A DNA stretch of 64,000 nt, taken from NCBI GenBank assembly GCA_963775115.1, contig CAVZHP010000005.1, forward strand, positions 127,817-191,816. Reading direction: 5' to 3'. Positions 20,173-31,057 of the stretch are shown here, piece after piece; positions within the stretch are counted from its first letter, which is position 1; every line of letters starts with the position of its first letter. The position numbers and the translations under genes were made by a program. The notes below the pieces were generated by a model. The model was not told the DNA's origin. It made no database searches and was given only the letters and a program-made list of their open reading frames with translations. This DNA comes from an uncultured Alphaproteobacteria bacterium. GTDB taxonomy: Bacteria; Pseudomonadota; Alphaproteobacteria; Sphingomonadales; Sphingomonadaceae.

Positions 20173-22725
20173 TTACAAAGTCCGCTCGCGCATCTCGACC
20201 TCGAAGGTCTCCAGAACGTCACCCGGCTTGATGTCGTTGGTATCTTTCAACACCACGCCGCATTCCAGACCAGCGCGCACTTCCGCCACATCGTCCTTGA
20301 ACCTGCGCAGCGAGGCGACGGTGGTTTTCGAGACGATAACATCGTCGCGGGTGATGCGGGCGTGGATGCCCGGTTTGATATAGCCGTCGGTGACCAGCAG
20401 ACCCGCCGCCTTGTCGTGCTTGCCGGCCGGGAAGATTTCCTTGATTTCGGCGCGGCCGACAACAGTCTCGATGCGTTCCGGCCCCCAGATGCCGGCCATT
20501 TCCTTGGCGACATCCTCGGTCAGCTGATAGATGACGTCGAAATACTTCATCCGCACCTTGTGGCGCTCGACCATCTCGCGCGCCTTGGCGTTGGGGCGGA
20601 CATTGAAGCCGATCACCGGCGCGCCGGACGAGAAGGCGAGATTGACATCGCTCTCGGTGATCGCGCCGACGCCCGAACTCAGCACCCGCACCTTGATTTC
20701 GTCGTTCGAAATCTTGTTGAGCGCATTGACGATGGCCTCGGTCGAGCCCTGCACGTCGGCCTTGATGACCACCGGATATTCCAGCACCGTTTGCTTGTCC
20801 TGAAGCGCCGAGAACATGTTCTCGAGGCTGACCGGTGCCGAAGTGGTGCGCTTGGCGGTTGCCTGTTCGTGGCGGAAAGCGGCAACTTCGCGGGCGCGGG
20901 ATTCGCTTTCGACCACGGTAAGCGTATCGCCCGCCATAGGCACACCGCCAAGGCCGAGCACTTCGACCGGCAGCGCCGGCGGCGCTTCCTTGATCTGGCG
21001 GCCCTTATCGTCATGCAGCGCGCGCACACGGCCCGACTGGGTGCCGACGACGAAGATATCGCCGACTTTCAGCGTGCCGCGGTTGATCAGCACGGTCGCC
21101 AGCGGGCCCTTACCCTTGTCGAGCTTGGCCTCGACGACTGTCGCCTCGGCAGCGCGGTCCGGATTGGCTGTGAGTTCGAGCAATTCGGATTGCAGCAGGA
21201 TCTTCTCGATAAGTTCATCCATACCCGCGCCGGTCTTGGCCGAAACCTCGACGTCCTGAACATCGCCCGACATCGCCTCGACGACGATCTCGTGCTCGAG
21301 CAGACGTTCGCGGATCTTCTGCGCGTTGAATTCGGGCTTGTCGCACTTGGTGATCGCCACGATCATCGGAACACCCGCAGCCTTGGTGTGGGCGATCGCC
21401 TCGATCGTCTGCGGCATCAGACCGTCGTCGCCCGCAACCACCAGGATGACGATGTCGGTGACGTTGGCCCCGCGCATGCGCATTTCGGTGAAGGCTTCGT
21501 GGCCCGGCGTATCGAGAAAAGTGACGAGGTCGCCGCCCTTGGTCTTGATCTGATAGGCACCGATATGCTGGGTGATGCCTCCGGCCTCGCCCTTCACCAC
21601 ATCGGTGCCGCGCAAGGCATCGAGCAGCGAAGTCTTGCCGTGATCGACATGGCCCATGATCGTGACAACCGGCGGGCGGGTCTTCATCGTGTCATCGGCA
21701 TCGACGTCGGCCTGATGGTCGATATCGACATCGCTTTCGGAAACGCGCTGGATGTTGTGACCGAAATCGGTGACGAGCAGCTCGGCGGTATCCTGGTCGA
21801 TCACTTCGTTAATGGTGACCGGCACGCCCATCTTGAACAGCGCCTTGACCAGATCCGCGCCCTTCTCGGCCATGCGGTTGGCCAGTTCCTGCACTGTGAT
21901 CGCCTCGGGGACGACGACATCGCGGACCTGCTTCTCGCGCGTCTGCTGCTGCCCAGCGAAATGCGCACGCTTTTCCTTCTCGCGGGCGCGCTTCAGCGCC
22001 GCAAGGCTGCGGGCGCGGGCACCCTCGTCCTCGTTCAGCGCCTTGCTGACCGTGAGCTTGCCCGACTGGCGGCGATGTTCGCCCTGCTTGTCGCGCGGAT
22101 GAACGATCTTCTTGGCCGGCTCGGGCCGCTTGGGCTGGGCAACCGGCGAGAAACGGCGTGGTTGCGGTGTCGCATCGCGCTTCTCGGTTTGCTCGCCAGC
22201 GCTTTCGGAACCGGTTTCATCGCCGCTTTCGACCACGGCATCGGGTGCAGCTTCAGGTTCGGGCACTGCGGGTGCCGCCAGCTCGACCGGCGCAGCCTCT
22301 GGCTCCTGCTTCGGTTCAACGTCGCCCCGCAGCTTTGCCTCGGCCTGCTGGCGCTCCAGCTCGGCGGCGCGGGCTTTCTCATCCTGTTCGCGGCGGGTAG
22401 CAGCCTCCACGGTGGCGAGCCGCGACTCTTCGGCCTCGCGCAGCAGGCGGGCCTGCATCTCCTGGCGGGATTCCGCAGCAGCGGCGGGCTTGGGCGGAGC
22501 GACCGGCCTGGGCGCTTCGGCAACCGCCACCGGAGCGGGTGCGGGCTCGGGTACAGGCGCGGCGGCCTCGCCGGGCTTGCCGATCAGCTTGCGGCGCTTG
22601 ACCTCGACCACGACCTTGTTGGTGCGGCCGTGGCTGAAGGTCTGCTTGACCTCGCCCGCTTCGACCGAGCGCTTGAGCCCCAGCGGCTTGCGGCCAAGTG
22701 TCGGTTTGGTGTCGGTGTCGCTCAT
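20173..22725 (-). CDS. infB: Translation initiation factor IF-2
   Basis: [31 protein letters not shown]. Confidence 0.98.
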   Translation of the reverse strand: MSDTDTKPTLGRKPLGLKRSVEAGEVKQTFSHGRTNKVVVEVKRRKLIGKPGEAAAPVPEPAPAPVAVAEAPRPVAPPKPAAAAESRQEMQARLLREAEESRLATVEAATRREQDEKARAAELERQQAEAKLRGDVEPKQEPEAAPVELAAPAVPEPEAAPDAVVESGDETGSESAGEQTEKRDATPQPRRFSPVAQPKRPEPAKKIVHPRDKQGEHRRQSGKLTVSKALNEDEGARARSLAALKRAREKEKRAHFAGQQQTREKQVRDVVVPEAITVQELANRMAEKGADLVKALFKMGVPVTINEVIDQDTAELLVTDFGHNIQRVSESDVDIDHQADVDADDTMKTRPPVVTIMGHVDHGKTSLLDALRGTDVVKGEAGGITQHIGAYQIKTKGGDLVTFLDTPGHEAFTEMRMRGANVTDIVILVVAGDDGLMPQTIEAIAHTKAAGVPMIVAITKCDKPEFNAQKIRERLLEHEIVVEAMSGDVQDVEVSAKTGAGMDELIEKILLQSELLELTANPDRAAEATVVEAKLDKGKGPLATVLINRGTLKVGDIFVVGTQSGRVRALHDDKGRQIKEAPPALPVEVLGLGGVPMAGDTLTVVESESRAREVAAFRHEQATAKRTTSAPVSLENMFSALQDKQTVLEYPVVIKADVQGSTEAIVNALNKISNDEIKVRVLSSGVGAITESDVNLAFSSGAPVIGFNVRPNAKAREMVERHKVRMKYFDVIYQLTEDVAKEMAGIWGPERIETVVGRAEIKEIFPAGKHDKAAGLLVTDGYIKPGIHARITRDDVIVSKTTVASLRRFKDDVAEVRAGLECGVVLKDTNDIKPGDVLETFEVEMRERTL

Positions 22726-22747
22726 GATCTCACTTTGCCCTTCGGTC

Positions 22748-23500
22748 TCAATTCGTCGCGGCGAGCGGTGCGGCAGTGTCTGCCGTCCGCTTGCTCCCAT
22801 CGGTTTCAATCGTTTCGGCCTGCCCCAGGAAATGCAGCAGACGCCGCAGCGGGACGGATATTCTTTCGGACGCCGCTGAATCGGTCAGCGCCAGATGGAC
22901 GACGTTGTCGCGGCCCAATGCCACAGACAGCGCCGCCCGGTCCAGTGGCAAGGCAATGCCGCGCATGCCGCTGCCTTCCGCGTCCTGGCCGACGCGCCAG
23001 GCCTGATCGAGCTTGCGCGATCCGTCTTCGCTGGCGTCGGATGCATGGGCGAGCCAGGCGACCTTGCCCATCCGCGCCTTTTCGGCGATGCGGTCCGATC
23101 CGATCAGCAGCTTGCCGCTGCGCATTTCCAGCCCCAGCCGGTCGAGCAGTGAGCGGGTCAATGCCGCCTCGATCTTGCCGCCAAGGTCCGCCGGAATGGA
23201 GAGCGCCGCGCCCTTGAAGCCCCTGGCCAGCGCGCCCTTGAGCTTGCCTTTTGCCAGCGCCGTTTCCAGTTCGCCGCGCGATATTCCGATCCACGCCCCC
23301 CGCCCCGGCGCGCGCGCCAGCACATCGGGGAGCACCTGACACGACCCGTCGGGGCCTTCGGGGGAAATGGCAAGCCGGATCAACTCATCCCGGGCGCCAT
23401 TACGCCCGGTGAGGATGCAGCGTCTTTCCGGCGGTTCCTTGCCCGCCGGATGCGCCTCAAGACTGCCGGAACCTAGCGGCTCATTGTGAGGAATCCGCAT
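22748..23500 (-). CDS. DUF448 (YlxR-like) RNA-binding protein with an L7Ae-like C-terminal part
   Basis: PERRCILT...LIRL...RAPGRGAWI; located between nusA and infB. Confidence 0.85.
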   Translation of the reverse strand: MRIPHNEPLGSGSLEAHPAGKEPPERRCILTGRNGARDELIRLAISPEGPDGSCQVLPDVLARAPGRGAWIGISRGELETALAKGKLKGALARGFKGAALSIPADLGGKIEAALTRSLLDRLGLEMRSGKLLIGSDRIAEKARMGKVAWLAHASDASEDGSRKLDQAWRVGQDAEGSGMRGIALPLDRAALSVALGRDNVVHLALTDSAASERISVPLRRLLHFLGQAETIETDGSKRTADTAAPLAATN

Positions 23501-25106
23501 CGGCGGCCTCCTCAGCTGCTGGTTCGTCGTCGAACCAGTGGGCCCGCGCGGCCATGATTATTTCGTTGCCCTGCTCTTCGCTGAGGCCATAGTCACCTAG
23601 CACCCCGCCCTTGTCTTCCTCGCGCTTGTCGCGGCGCGGGGGAGCGGAACCGTCACGGCGGCGCTGTTCGACCCGTTTCCTGGCGATCAGCTCATCTGTT
23701 GCGAGATCGGCGAGATCGTCGAGCGTCTTGATCCCGGCCTTGCCGAGCGTGACCAGCATCGCCTCGTTAAGATGCGGCATTTCCGCCAGCGCATCCTCGA
23801 CGCCAAGCGAACGGCGCAGCTCGCGGTTCGCCTCCTCGCGGCGTTCGAGCGCCTCGGCAGCCCGGCTTTGCAGTTCCTCGCCAAGCTCTTCGTCAAAACC
23901 CTCGATCGCGGCCAGTTCGGCGATGTCGATATAGGCGACTTCCTCAAGCTCGCTGAAGCCCTCGGCAACCAGCAGCTGCGACAGGGTTTCGTCAACGTCG
24001 AGTTCTTCCTCGAACATCTTCGAGCGCTCGGCGAATTCGCGCTGGCGCTTCTCGGAGCTCTCCGCCTCGGTCAGGATGTCGATCTGGCTGCCGGTCAGCT
24101 GGCTGGCAAGCCGCACGTTCTGCCCGCGACGGCCGATGGCAAGGCTGAGCTGATCGTCGGGCACGACGACTTCGATGCGGCTTTCCTCCTCGTCGATGAC
24201 GACGCGGCTGACGGTCGCGGGCTGGAGCGCATTGACCACGAAGGTCGCGGTGTCCTCGCTCCAGGGGATGATGTCGATCTTCTCGCCCTGAAGTTCCTGC
24301 ACCACCGCCTGTACCCGGCTGCCCTTCATGCCGACGCAGGCGCCGACCGGATCGATGCTGGAATCGCGGCTGATCACGCCGATCTTGGCGCGGCTGCCCG
24401 GATCGCGGGCGGCAGCCTTGATCTCGATGATGTTGTCGTAAATCTCGGGAACTTCCTGCGCGAACAGCATCTTCATGAATTCGGGATGGGCACGGCTGAG
24501 GAAAATTTGCGGGCCGCGGTTCTGCCGTTCGACCTTCGAAATATAGGCGCGGACCCGCTCGCCAACGCGGGCGGCCTCGCGCGGGATCTGCTGGTCGCGG
24601 CGGATGACGCCCTCGGCGCGACCGAGATTGACGATGACATGGCCGAATTCGACCGACTTGATCACCCCGGTGATGATCTCGCCGGCGCGGTCTTTGAATT
24701 CCTCGTACTGGCGCTCGCGCTCGGCATCGCGGACCTTCTGGAAAATCACCTGCTTGGCCGACTGGGCGTCGATCCGGCCGAGTTCGACCGCCGGCAGCGG
24801 ATCGACAATGAAGTCGCCGATCGCGGCGCCGGGCTGAAGCTTCTCGGCCTGCTTGAGATCGACTTGCTTGAAGTAGTCCTCAACCTCCTCGACCACTTCG
24901 ACGACGCGCCACAGGCGCAGATCGCCGGTGCGCGGATCGAGCTTGGCTCGGATATCGTTCTCCGCGCCATAGCGGCTGCGCGCAGACTTCTGGATCGCTT
25001 CTTCCATCGCCTCGATGACGATCGACTTGTCGATCATCTTTTCGGTGGCCACCGAGGTGGCGATTGCGAGCAGTTCGGCGCGGTTGGCGGAAATCGGACT
25101 GGCCAT
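23481..25106 (-). CDS. nusA: Transcription termination/antitermination factor NusA
   Basis: ARDPGSRAKI, GACVGMKGSRV, LSLAIGRRGQNVRLAS. Confidence 0.98.
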   Translation of the reverse strand: MASPISANRAELLAIATSVATEKMIDKSIVIEAMEEAIQKSARSRYGAENDIRAKLDPRTGDLRLWRVVEVVEEVEDYFKQVDLKQAEKLQPGAAIGDFIVDPLPAVELGRIDAQSAKQVIFQKVRDAERERQYEEFKDRAGEIITGVIKSVEFGHVIVNLGRAEGVIRRDQQIPREAARVGERVRAYISKVERQNRGPQIFLSRAHPEFMKMLFAQEVPEIYDNIIEIKAAARDPGSRAKIGVISRDSSIDPVGACVGMKGSRVQAVVQELQGEKIDIIPWSEDTATFVVNALQPATVSRVVIDEEESRIEVVVPDDQLSLAIGRRGQNVRLASQLTGSQIDILTEAESSEKRQREFAERSKMFEEELDVDETLSQLLVAEGFSELEEVAYIDIAELAAIEGFDEELGEELQSRAAEALERREEANRELRRSLGVEDALAEMPHLNEAMLVTLGKAGIKTLDDLADLATDELIARKRVEQRRRDGSAPPRRDKREEDKGGVLGDYGLSEEQGNEIIMAARAHWFDDEPAAEEAADADSSQ

Positions 25107-25148
25107 ATTCAGTCATCCTGTTGGCGATTAAATAGGGACTGTCCCTAT

Positions 25149-25739
25149 TTAATCGGTTTCTTCGAGTAGTTCGTCGGCGCCGCTAACGTCGAGCGGGCGC
25201 GTGGCGGCAATCAGCCGGTCGGTCAAGACCAGTTTGGCGGAAATGATATCGGCAAGCGCGAATTGCACCGTGCCGGACTTCTTGTCTTCAAGCGTGACGG
25301 TCTCTGCCCCAGCATCACCGGCAATCCCGGTGAGATCGCCCTGGAGCGTCTTGCGATTGCCCTCAACCGGGGTGGCCAGCTGCACGCGGGCCTCATGCCC
25401 TGCCCAGTTGGCAAAATCCTTGGGCCGGGTCAGCGGCCGGTCGATGCCGGGCGAGCTGACTTCGAGGCGGTAAGCCCCATCGATCAGCACGATACCCTGG
25501 TCTTCCAACGCGTCGATACGGTCGGAAATGCGGCGTGACAGCGCGGCGCAATCGTCGATGATCAGTTGGCCGGTCTCGGGTCGCTCGGCCATGATCTGCA
25601 GCGCGCGCTCTTCATCACCCAACTCGCTGATCCCGCCGCCGGCTTCGCTCTTGCCGAAAATCTTGACGCGCACGAGATCGAAACCGAGGGCCTGGGCCTC
25701 CGGTTCGACTACTTCGATAATGCGCGCGATATCCGCCAT
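25149..25739 (-). CDS. rimP: Ribosome maturation factor RimP
   Basis: LEVSSPGIDRPL motif; first gene of the nusA-infB operon. Confidence 0.95.
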   Translation of the reverse strand: MADIARIIEVVEPEAQALGFDLVRVKIFGKSEAGGGISELGDEERALQIMAERPETGQLIIDDCAALSRRISDRIDALEDQGIVLIDGAYRLEVSSPGIDRPLTRPKDFANWAGHEARVQLATPVEGNRKTLQGDLTGIAGDAGAETVTLEDKKSGTVQFALADIISAKLVLTDRLIAATRPLDVSGADELLEETD

Positions 25740-25902
25740 GCAAACTCCAGTTTCCGCAACATGCCACAACGGAGTTTCGCGCCGGCCCCTTTCGGCGCCA
25801 GCCCGGACGTTGCTAACAATGTCTGGATGAAGGTTATTTAGTCTCATGCCGCGCAAAACGCAAGGCCCTTGCGCGACTTGACGCTTCGCCTAAATGCGCG
25901 CC

Positions 25903-26307
25903 ATGCGCAGCCTTGATGACATTCGCGAAGAATACGAGTTCCTCGATGGCGACGAGCGCTATCGGCTGCTGATCGAACTGGGCCGCGAGCTGGATGAAAT
26001 GCCCGCCGCGCTCAAGACCGACGCGACGCTGGTGCGCGGCTGTTCGGCGAGCGTCTGGGTCTATCCCATGCAGCAGGACGGCCAATTGCACTTCCTCGCC
26101 GACAGCAATGCGGCGATCACCAAGGGCATCGTCTCGCTGGTGATATCTGCCGTGCAGGACCGCTCCCCCGCCGATGTCGCCGCCACCGATATCGCCGCGC
26201 TGCTCGCCCCCTTTGACCTTAAAAACCAGCTGTCGTCCAACCGCACCCAGGGCGTGCCCAACATGATCGCTCTGATCCGCGAGACCGCAGCGCGGCTGGC
26301 GGCCTGA
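25903..26307 (+). CDS. SufE family Fe-S metabolism protein
   Basis: RYRLLIELG, VRGC.ASVW, FLADS, LSSNRTQG. Confidence 0.9.
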   Translation: MRSLDDIREEYEFLDGDERYRLLIELGRELDEMPAALKTDATLVRGCSASVWVYPMQQDGQLHFLADSNAAITKGIVSLVISAVQDRSPADVAATDIAALLAPFDLKNQLSSNRTQGVPNMIALIRETAARLAA

Positions 26308-26311
26308 GCGT

Positions 26312-26662
26312 ATGGTCCGGCCGCTTTACATGGCTGGCGGCATCGTCTCGATGGGCCTCGGCATAATCGGAATTGCCCTGCCGATCTTGCCGACAGTGCC
26401 ATTCCTGCTGCTCGCCGCCTTCTGTTTTGCTCGCAGCCAGCCCGAATGGGAGCGCCGCCTGCTCGATCATCCGCGCTACGGCCCCTCGCTTCGCGACTGG
26501 CGCGAACGCGGAGCGATTGGCAGGAAGGCCAAGATCTCCGCACTGCTCGCAATGTCGGCGGGGGTGGTGTTCACCGGGCTGACGGTCGGCTGGCCGTGGG
26601 TGCTCATTTCCATCGCAATTCTGGCGATATGTGGCACATGGATATGGACCCGGGCTGAATAG
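26312..26662 (+). CDS. YbaN (DUF454) family membrane protein
   Basis: GIIGIALPILPTVPFLLLAA.CF.RS, HP.YGP.L.DW. Confidence 0.9.
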   Translation: MVRPLYMAGGIVSMGLGIIGIALPILPTVPFLLLAAFCFARSQPEWERRLLDHPRYGPSLRDWRERGAIGRKAKISALLAMSAGVVFTGLTVGWPWVLISIAILAICGTWIWTRAE

Positions 26663-26702
26663 CGCGCCTTGAAAATGGCGCAGCGAAGCCTATTGGCAAG
26701 CC

Positions 26703-28151
26703 ATGGCCAGCAAACCCCGTACACTCTACGAAAAGATCTGGGACGCCCACGTCGTCTCGCGCCGCGATGACGACACCTGCCTGATCTATATCGACCGGCA
26801 CCTTGTCCACGAAGTCACCAGCCCGCAGGCCTTCGAGGCCCTGCGCGTCGCGGGCCGCACGGTGCGCCGTCCTGACCTGACGCTGGCGGTGCCCGATCAC
26901 AACCTGCCGACGACGGCCAGGCGCGATAGCGCCGGCGCGCGCATCCCGATTGCCGATGCGGAGAGCGCACAGCAGCTCGCCGCGCTGGAGCAGAACGCTC
27001 CGGCCTTCGGCATCCGCTATATCGGCGCGACCGATGCCGAGCAGGGGATTGTCCATGTCGTCGGCCCCGAACAGGGCTTCTCGCTCCCCGGCGCCACGAT
27101 CGTTTGCGGCGACAGCCATACGAGCTGCCACGGCGGCCTTGGTGCGCTGGCCTTCGGCATCGGCACATCCGAAGTCGAGCATGTGCTGGCAACGCAAACT
27201 CTGCTGCTCAAGCAGTCGAAGTCGATGGAAGTGCGGGTCGAGGGCGAGCTTGCCCCGGGCATCACCGCCAAGGATCTGGTGCTCCACATCATCGGCGTGG
27301 TCGGCACGGCGGGCGGCACCGGCCATGTCATCGAATTCCGCGGCAAGGTGTTTGAGCAAATGAGCATCGAGGGCCGGCTGACCGTCTGCAACATGAGCAT
27401 CGAGGCGGGCGCGCGTGCCGGCCTGGTCGCGGCGGACGAGACCACCTTCGCCTACCTCAAGGGCCGCCCTTATGCGCCCACCGGCGCTGAGTGGGACGAG
27501 GCCCTTGCCTGGTGGAAGAGCCTGACGACCGATCCGGGCGCGCAGTTCGACAAGTCGGTGGTCATCCAGGCCAGCGACGTCCAGCCGACCGTTACCTGGG
27601 GAACCTCGCCCGAAGATACGGTAGCCATCGGCGGCGTAGTCCCGGCGCCGGAAAGCTTCGCCGACCCCAGCAAACAGGAAGCCGCGAAGGTCAGCCTCGA
27701 CTACATGGGCCTGACCCCGGGCACGCGGATGCAGGACATCGAAGTGCAGAACGTGTTCATCGGCAGCTGCACCAACAGCCGCATCGAAGACCTGCGCGCG
27801 GCGGCGGCAGTGCTGCGCGGGCGCCACAAGGCGGCAAACGTGAAATGGGCCATCGTTGTCCCCGGCTCGGGACTGGTGAAAGCCCAGGCCGAGGCCGAGG
27901 GGCTGGACAAGGTGTTCACCGAAGCTGGCCTGGAATGGCGCGAACCGGGCTGCTCGGCCTGCCTCGGCATGAACCCCGACAAAGTCCCCCCGGGCGAACG
28001 GTGCGCCTCGACCAGCAACAGGAACTTCACCGGCACGGCAGGGACCTGGGGCGCGGACGCATCTGGTGAGCCCCGCGATGGCAGCGGCGGCGGCGGTGAC
28101 CGGGCGGTTGACCGATGTGCGGGAGCTGGTTTGACCCTCGCCGCCGATTGA
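26703..28151 (+). CDS. leuC: 3-isopropylmalate dehydratase large subunit; apparent +1 frameshift at about 28035 (the canonical C-terminus ends at 28134 in the shifted frame)
   Basis: [35 protein letters not shown]; [20 protein letters not shown] lies in the shifted frame. Confidence 0.95.
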   Translation: MASKPRTLYEKIWDAHVVSRRDDDTCLIYIDRHLVHEVTSPQAFEALRVAGRTVRRPDLTLAVPDHNLPTTARRDSAGARIPIADAESAQQLAALEQNAPAFGIRYIGATDAEQGIVHVVGPEQGFSLPGATIVCGDSHTSCHGGLGALAFGIGTSEVEHVLATQTLLLKQSKSMEVRVEGELAPGITAKDLVLHIIGVVGTAGGTGHVIEFRGKVFEQMSIEGRLTVCNMSIEAGARAGLVAADETTFAYLKGRPYAPTGAEWDEALAWWKSLTTDPGAQFDKSVVIQASDVQPTVTWGTSPEDTVAIGGVVPAPESFADPSKQEAAKVSLDYMGLTPGTRMQDIEVQNVFIGSCTNSRIEDLRAAAAVLRGRHKAANVKWAIVVPGSGLVKAQAEAEGLDKVFTEAGLEWREPGCSACLGMNPDKVPPGERCASTSNRNFTGTAGTWGADASGEPRDGSGGGGDRAVDRCAGAGLTLAAD

Positions 28152-28199
28152 CGTCGCCACCCATTCGCGCAAGTCTCCCTAACTCAGGGGGAAGCGATC

Positions 28200-29084
28200 A
28201 TGGACAATAGCGCCTATTCCGGCGAACTCGCCGAATTCCGCACATTCACGCAGAGCCGAAAATGGTTCTCGGACAACGACGACCGCGCCTGGGCGGAGAA
28301 GTTCTTTCTCACTTACATCCCCGTTTTCTTCCTCATCAGCGGGATCACCTCGCGCACCGGGCTGAGCCTCGAAGGCAACTGGCAGAATCTCCTCGCCGGC
28401 CTGCTCGTCTGGCTGCCGTATTGCGTAATCCTGCCCCTGATCCTGCGGCGCAACCACCCGCTCCCGTTCTGGAAGCAGTGGTGGTTCAAGTTCCAGCTCT
28501 ACCTCGTGGTGGTGATTTTCTTCCTCACCTATTTCGGCACCGAATATTTCTTCGACGTGCTGGGCATGCGCTACAACTACCCAAACGTAAGCTGGTATTT
28601 CAATTCCGTCCTGCTTGGCCCGGATCAGGCGACGGCGTTGGCCGACCATAAACGCGTGCCCATCGGCATGTATCCGATCTCGGTCGGTTTTTTCACGGTT
28701 TATCATATCGGCGCGATTGTCATGATCCGCCGGCTCTATCGTCTGGGCACTGCAATGGGCGTCACCGCCGGTCGCGCGGCCTTTGCCTTGGGCGTCGTGC
28801 TCACCGCGCTGTTCTGGGCATGGCTGGAAACCATGTTGTTCGTCAGCCAGCCCAAGGGCTCCTTTGCCTGCTATGAAGACCTCGAGCGCCAGCTTGGCAT
28901 CGGCAGCTTCTTCTATGCGATGGGCTTCCTGTTCACTTTCGCCAATGTCTATTGGCTCGACGAACGGGCGAGCCACCGGCCGTGGAGCAACTACCGCGTG
29001 GCCGTCGAGGCGACGGCAATGTGCATCCTCGTACTGCTCGCGGGAGACTTGTGGGCACAGGCCCTCGGCGTGCAATTCGGCTAA
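28200..29084 (+). CDS. Multi-pass membrane protein resembling cycloeucalenol cycloisomerase (cyclopropylsterol isomerase, CPI1 family)
   Basis: RAWAEKFFLTYIP, TYFGTEYFFDVLG..Y.YP, YH....IRRL, AWLET, GSFFYA, LDE...W...RVAVEA, DLW...LG match the order and spacing of CPI1 motifs as recalled. Confidence 0.7.
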   Translation: MDNSAYSGELAEFRTFTQSRKWFSDNDDRAWAEKFFLTYIPVFFLISGITSRTGLSLEGNWQNLLAGLLVWLPYCVILPLILRRNHPLPFWKQWWFKFQLYLVVVIFFLTYFGTEYFFDVLGMRYNYPNVSWYFNSVLLGPDQATALADHKRVPIGMYPISVGFFTVYHIGAIVMIRRLYRLGTAMGVTAGRAAFALGVVLTALFWAWLETMLFVSQPKGSFACYEDLERQLGIGSFFYAMGFLFTFANVYWLDERASHRPWSNYRVAVEATAMCILVLLAGDLWAQALGVQFG

Positions 29085-29147
29085 GCTTTACACCACCCCG
29101 CCCCCGCCCTAGCCTCCACCCCGGAATTGCGAGGGAGGTGATCGACC

Positions 29148-30218
29148 ATGGCCAAAGGCGTGCGCGTACCCGAGCGGGCCTTCGGGATCGCCATGTGGGT
29201 GGTCTCGATCGTCCTCGCCGCTTTCATTATCGGTCTCGGCAATCTGGTGATTGGCGATCTGCCGCAAGTCGAACAGACGATTTCGCAGGAGCAATTCACC
29301 GAATCCGGGGCGACCAAGAAAATCCGCGACGAGCTGAAAGCGATCGAGGCCCGGCGCGGCGCGATCGACGACAGGCTCGAGATCGCCCGGCTCCAGCTCG
29401 AACAGGCGCAGAAAGCCTCGACCACCGGCACCGAAACCTTCCAGGCCTGGATCCAGACCCGCACCGCCACCACCAATCCGCAGCAGGATCCCGAGGTCAT
29501 CGCCCGCACCCGCGCGCTCGAACAGCTCAAGGGCAATGAGCGCGCCGTTCAGGCTTCGATCGACGCGCTGGACAATGAGCGGGTTCCGCTGGACCAGCGC
29601 GTATCCGAGCTGAACGAGCAGCAATCGCGCCTCCAGGCCAGTGCCTGGCCAGCCTATGAAAAGGCTATGTTCGCGCAGGAACTGCGGATATTCGGCCTGC
29701 GTCTGCTGATCACCCTGCCGATGCTGCTGCTGGGCGGCTGGCTGGTGGTGAAGAAGCGCAAGAGCGACCACTGGCCGATGATGCGCGGCTTCGTGCTGGC
29801 AGCGGTGTTCGTCTTTTTCGTCGAGCTGGTGCCCTATCTGCCCAGCTATGGCGGCTATATCCGCTATGCCGTCGGCATTGGCCTGACCATCGTCGCCGGT
29901 CATTATCTGATCAAGAACATGCGCGCTTACCTCGCCCGGCGGCAGGAAGCGGAACAACAAGGCGAGGAAGAACGCCGCAAGCTGGTTTCCCATGACGAGG
30001 CGTTCAAGAAGATGGCTGCCAAAGTCTGCCCCGGCTGCGACCGGCCGATCGCCGCGATGGAAGGTGCCGAAAGCAATTTCTGCGTTCACTGCGGCATGAC
30101 GCTCTATAACCATTGCGGCCAGTGCAAGACGCGCAAGATGGCGTTCTTCCGCTTCTGCCTGTCCTGCGGAACCCCTGCGGAAGTGGCCGCACCAGCAACT
30201 GGGTCAGCAACCGATTAG
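29148..30218 (+). CDS. Membrane protein with a coiled coil and C-terminal double zinc ribbon
   Basis: CPGC, CVHC, CGQC and CLSC pairs; transmembrane segments flank the coiled coil. Confidence 0.75.
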   Translation: MAKGVRVPERAFGIAMWVVSIVLAAFIIGLGNLVIGDLPQVEQTISQEQFTESGATKKIRDELKAIEARRGAIDDRLEIARLQLEQAQKASTTGTETFQAWIQTRTATTNPQQDPEVIARTRALEQLKGNERAVQASIDALDNERVPLDQRVSELNEQQSRLQASAWPAYEKAMFAQELRIFGLRLLITLPMLLLGGWLVVKKRKSDHWPMMRGFVLAAVFVFFVELVPYLPSYGGYIRYAVGIGLTIVAGHYLIKNMRAYLARRQEAEQQGEEERRKLVSHDEAFKKMAAKVCPGCDRPIAAMEGAESNFCVHCGMTLYNHCGQCKTRKMAFFRFCLSCGTPAEVAAPATGSATD

Positions 30219-30287
30219 TGGCTGGCGGATGTCGATTTCCACGCACTTGCCCTTGAAACCCGGCCATGCCATCGACATAGGGGAAGC

Positions 30288-30455
30288 ATGACCCGCAAGA
30301 TGCCAGAATTCCCCGACTGGGCCGGCAAGGCCGCCATCGCCGGTGCCGCCGCAATCGGCTCGGCCGCGATCGCCGCCGCCCTGCTTTACGCCAACCGCCG
30401 CAGGGCAAAAGCTCCCGAGCCAATCCGTCCCGAAGACGCACCGGAGACCGACTGA
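30288..30455 (+). CDS. Small single-TM protein (55 aa) coupled to leuD; not in the ORF track
   Basis: [39 protein letters not shown]...; RBS-like GGGGAAG upstream; TGATG overlap with leuD. Confidence 0.65.
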   Translation: MTRKMPEFPDWAGKAAIAGAAAIGSAAIAAALLYANRRRAKAPEPIRPEDAPETD

Positions 30456-31057
30456 TGGAGCCGCTGCGCCATGTTGCGGGGCGGGCGATTCCGTTCGGTC
30501 GCAAGAATGTCGATACCGACGTTGTCATTCCGGCGCACTGGCTCAAGACGATCAGCCGCGAAGGGCTCGGTAAGGGCGCCTTCGAGGCGGTGAAAAAAGA
30601 GCCGGGCAATGTCTTTTGCGACCCGCAGTTCGACCGCGCGCCGGTGCTGATCGCGGGTGACAATTTCGGCTGCGGCTCCAGCCGCGAGCATGCCGCCTGG
30701 GCCTTGCTCGACATGGGTGTGACCTGTGTGATCGCGCCGAGCTTTTCCGACATCTTCTCGGGCAATGCCTTCAAGAACGGCATCCTGACAGTCGCGCTAC
30801 CGCAAGAGGCGGTCGACCGGCTGCTGGAAGTGGCGAAGAGCGATCCGATCGACATCGACCTCGAGACCCAGACCGTCACCACGCCGTTCCAGGACCGTTT
30901 CAGCTTCGAGATCGATCCCTTCCGCAAGCATTGCCTGCTGGACGGGCTTGACGAGGTCGGCCTGACCCTGGCGCAGGACGCGGAGATTTCCGCGCATGAG
31001 GCGAAGATCGGCCAGTCGCTGCCATTCCTTTCGCACGCCGAGAGGCGCGCGGCATGA
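30455..31057 (+). CDS. leuD: 3-isopropylmalate dehydratase small subunit
   Basis: [35 protein letters not shown]. Confidence 0.97.
   Translation: MEPLRHVAGRAIPFGRKNVDTDVVIPAHWLKTISREGLGKGAFEAVKKEPGNVFCDPQFDRAPVLIAGDNFGCGSSREHAAWALLDMGVTCVIAPSFSDIFSGNAFKNGILTVALPQEAVDRLLEVAKSDPIDIDLETQTVTTPFQDRFSFEIDPFRKHCLLDGLDEVGLTLAQDAEISAHEAKIGQSLPFLSHAERRAA

Noticed and set aside
20362-23217. 951-aa plus-strand ORF (also 13965-16328, 23772-25169, 47460-49442 and similar long ORFs)
   Set aside because: Antisense shadows of infB, pnp, nusA and the hybrid kinase, as expected from GC-rich codon bias; no recognisable motifs.
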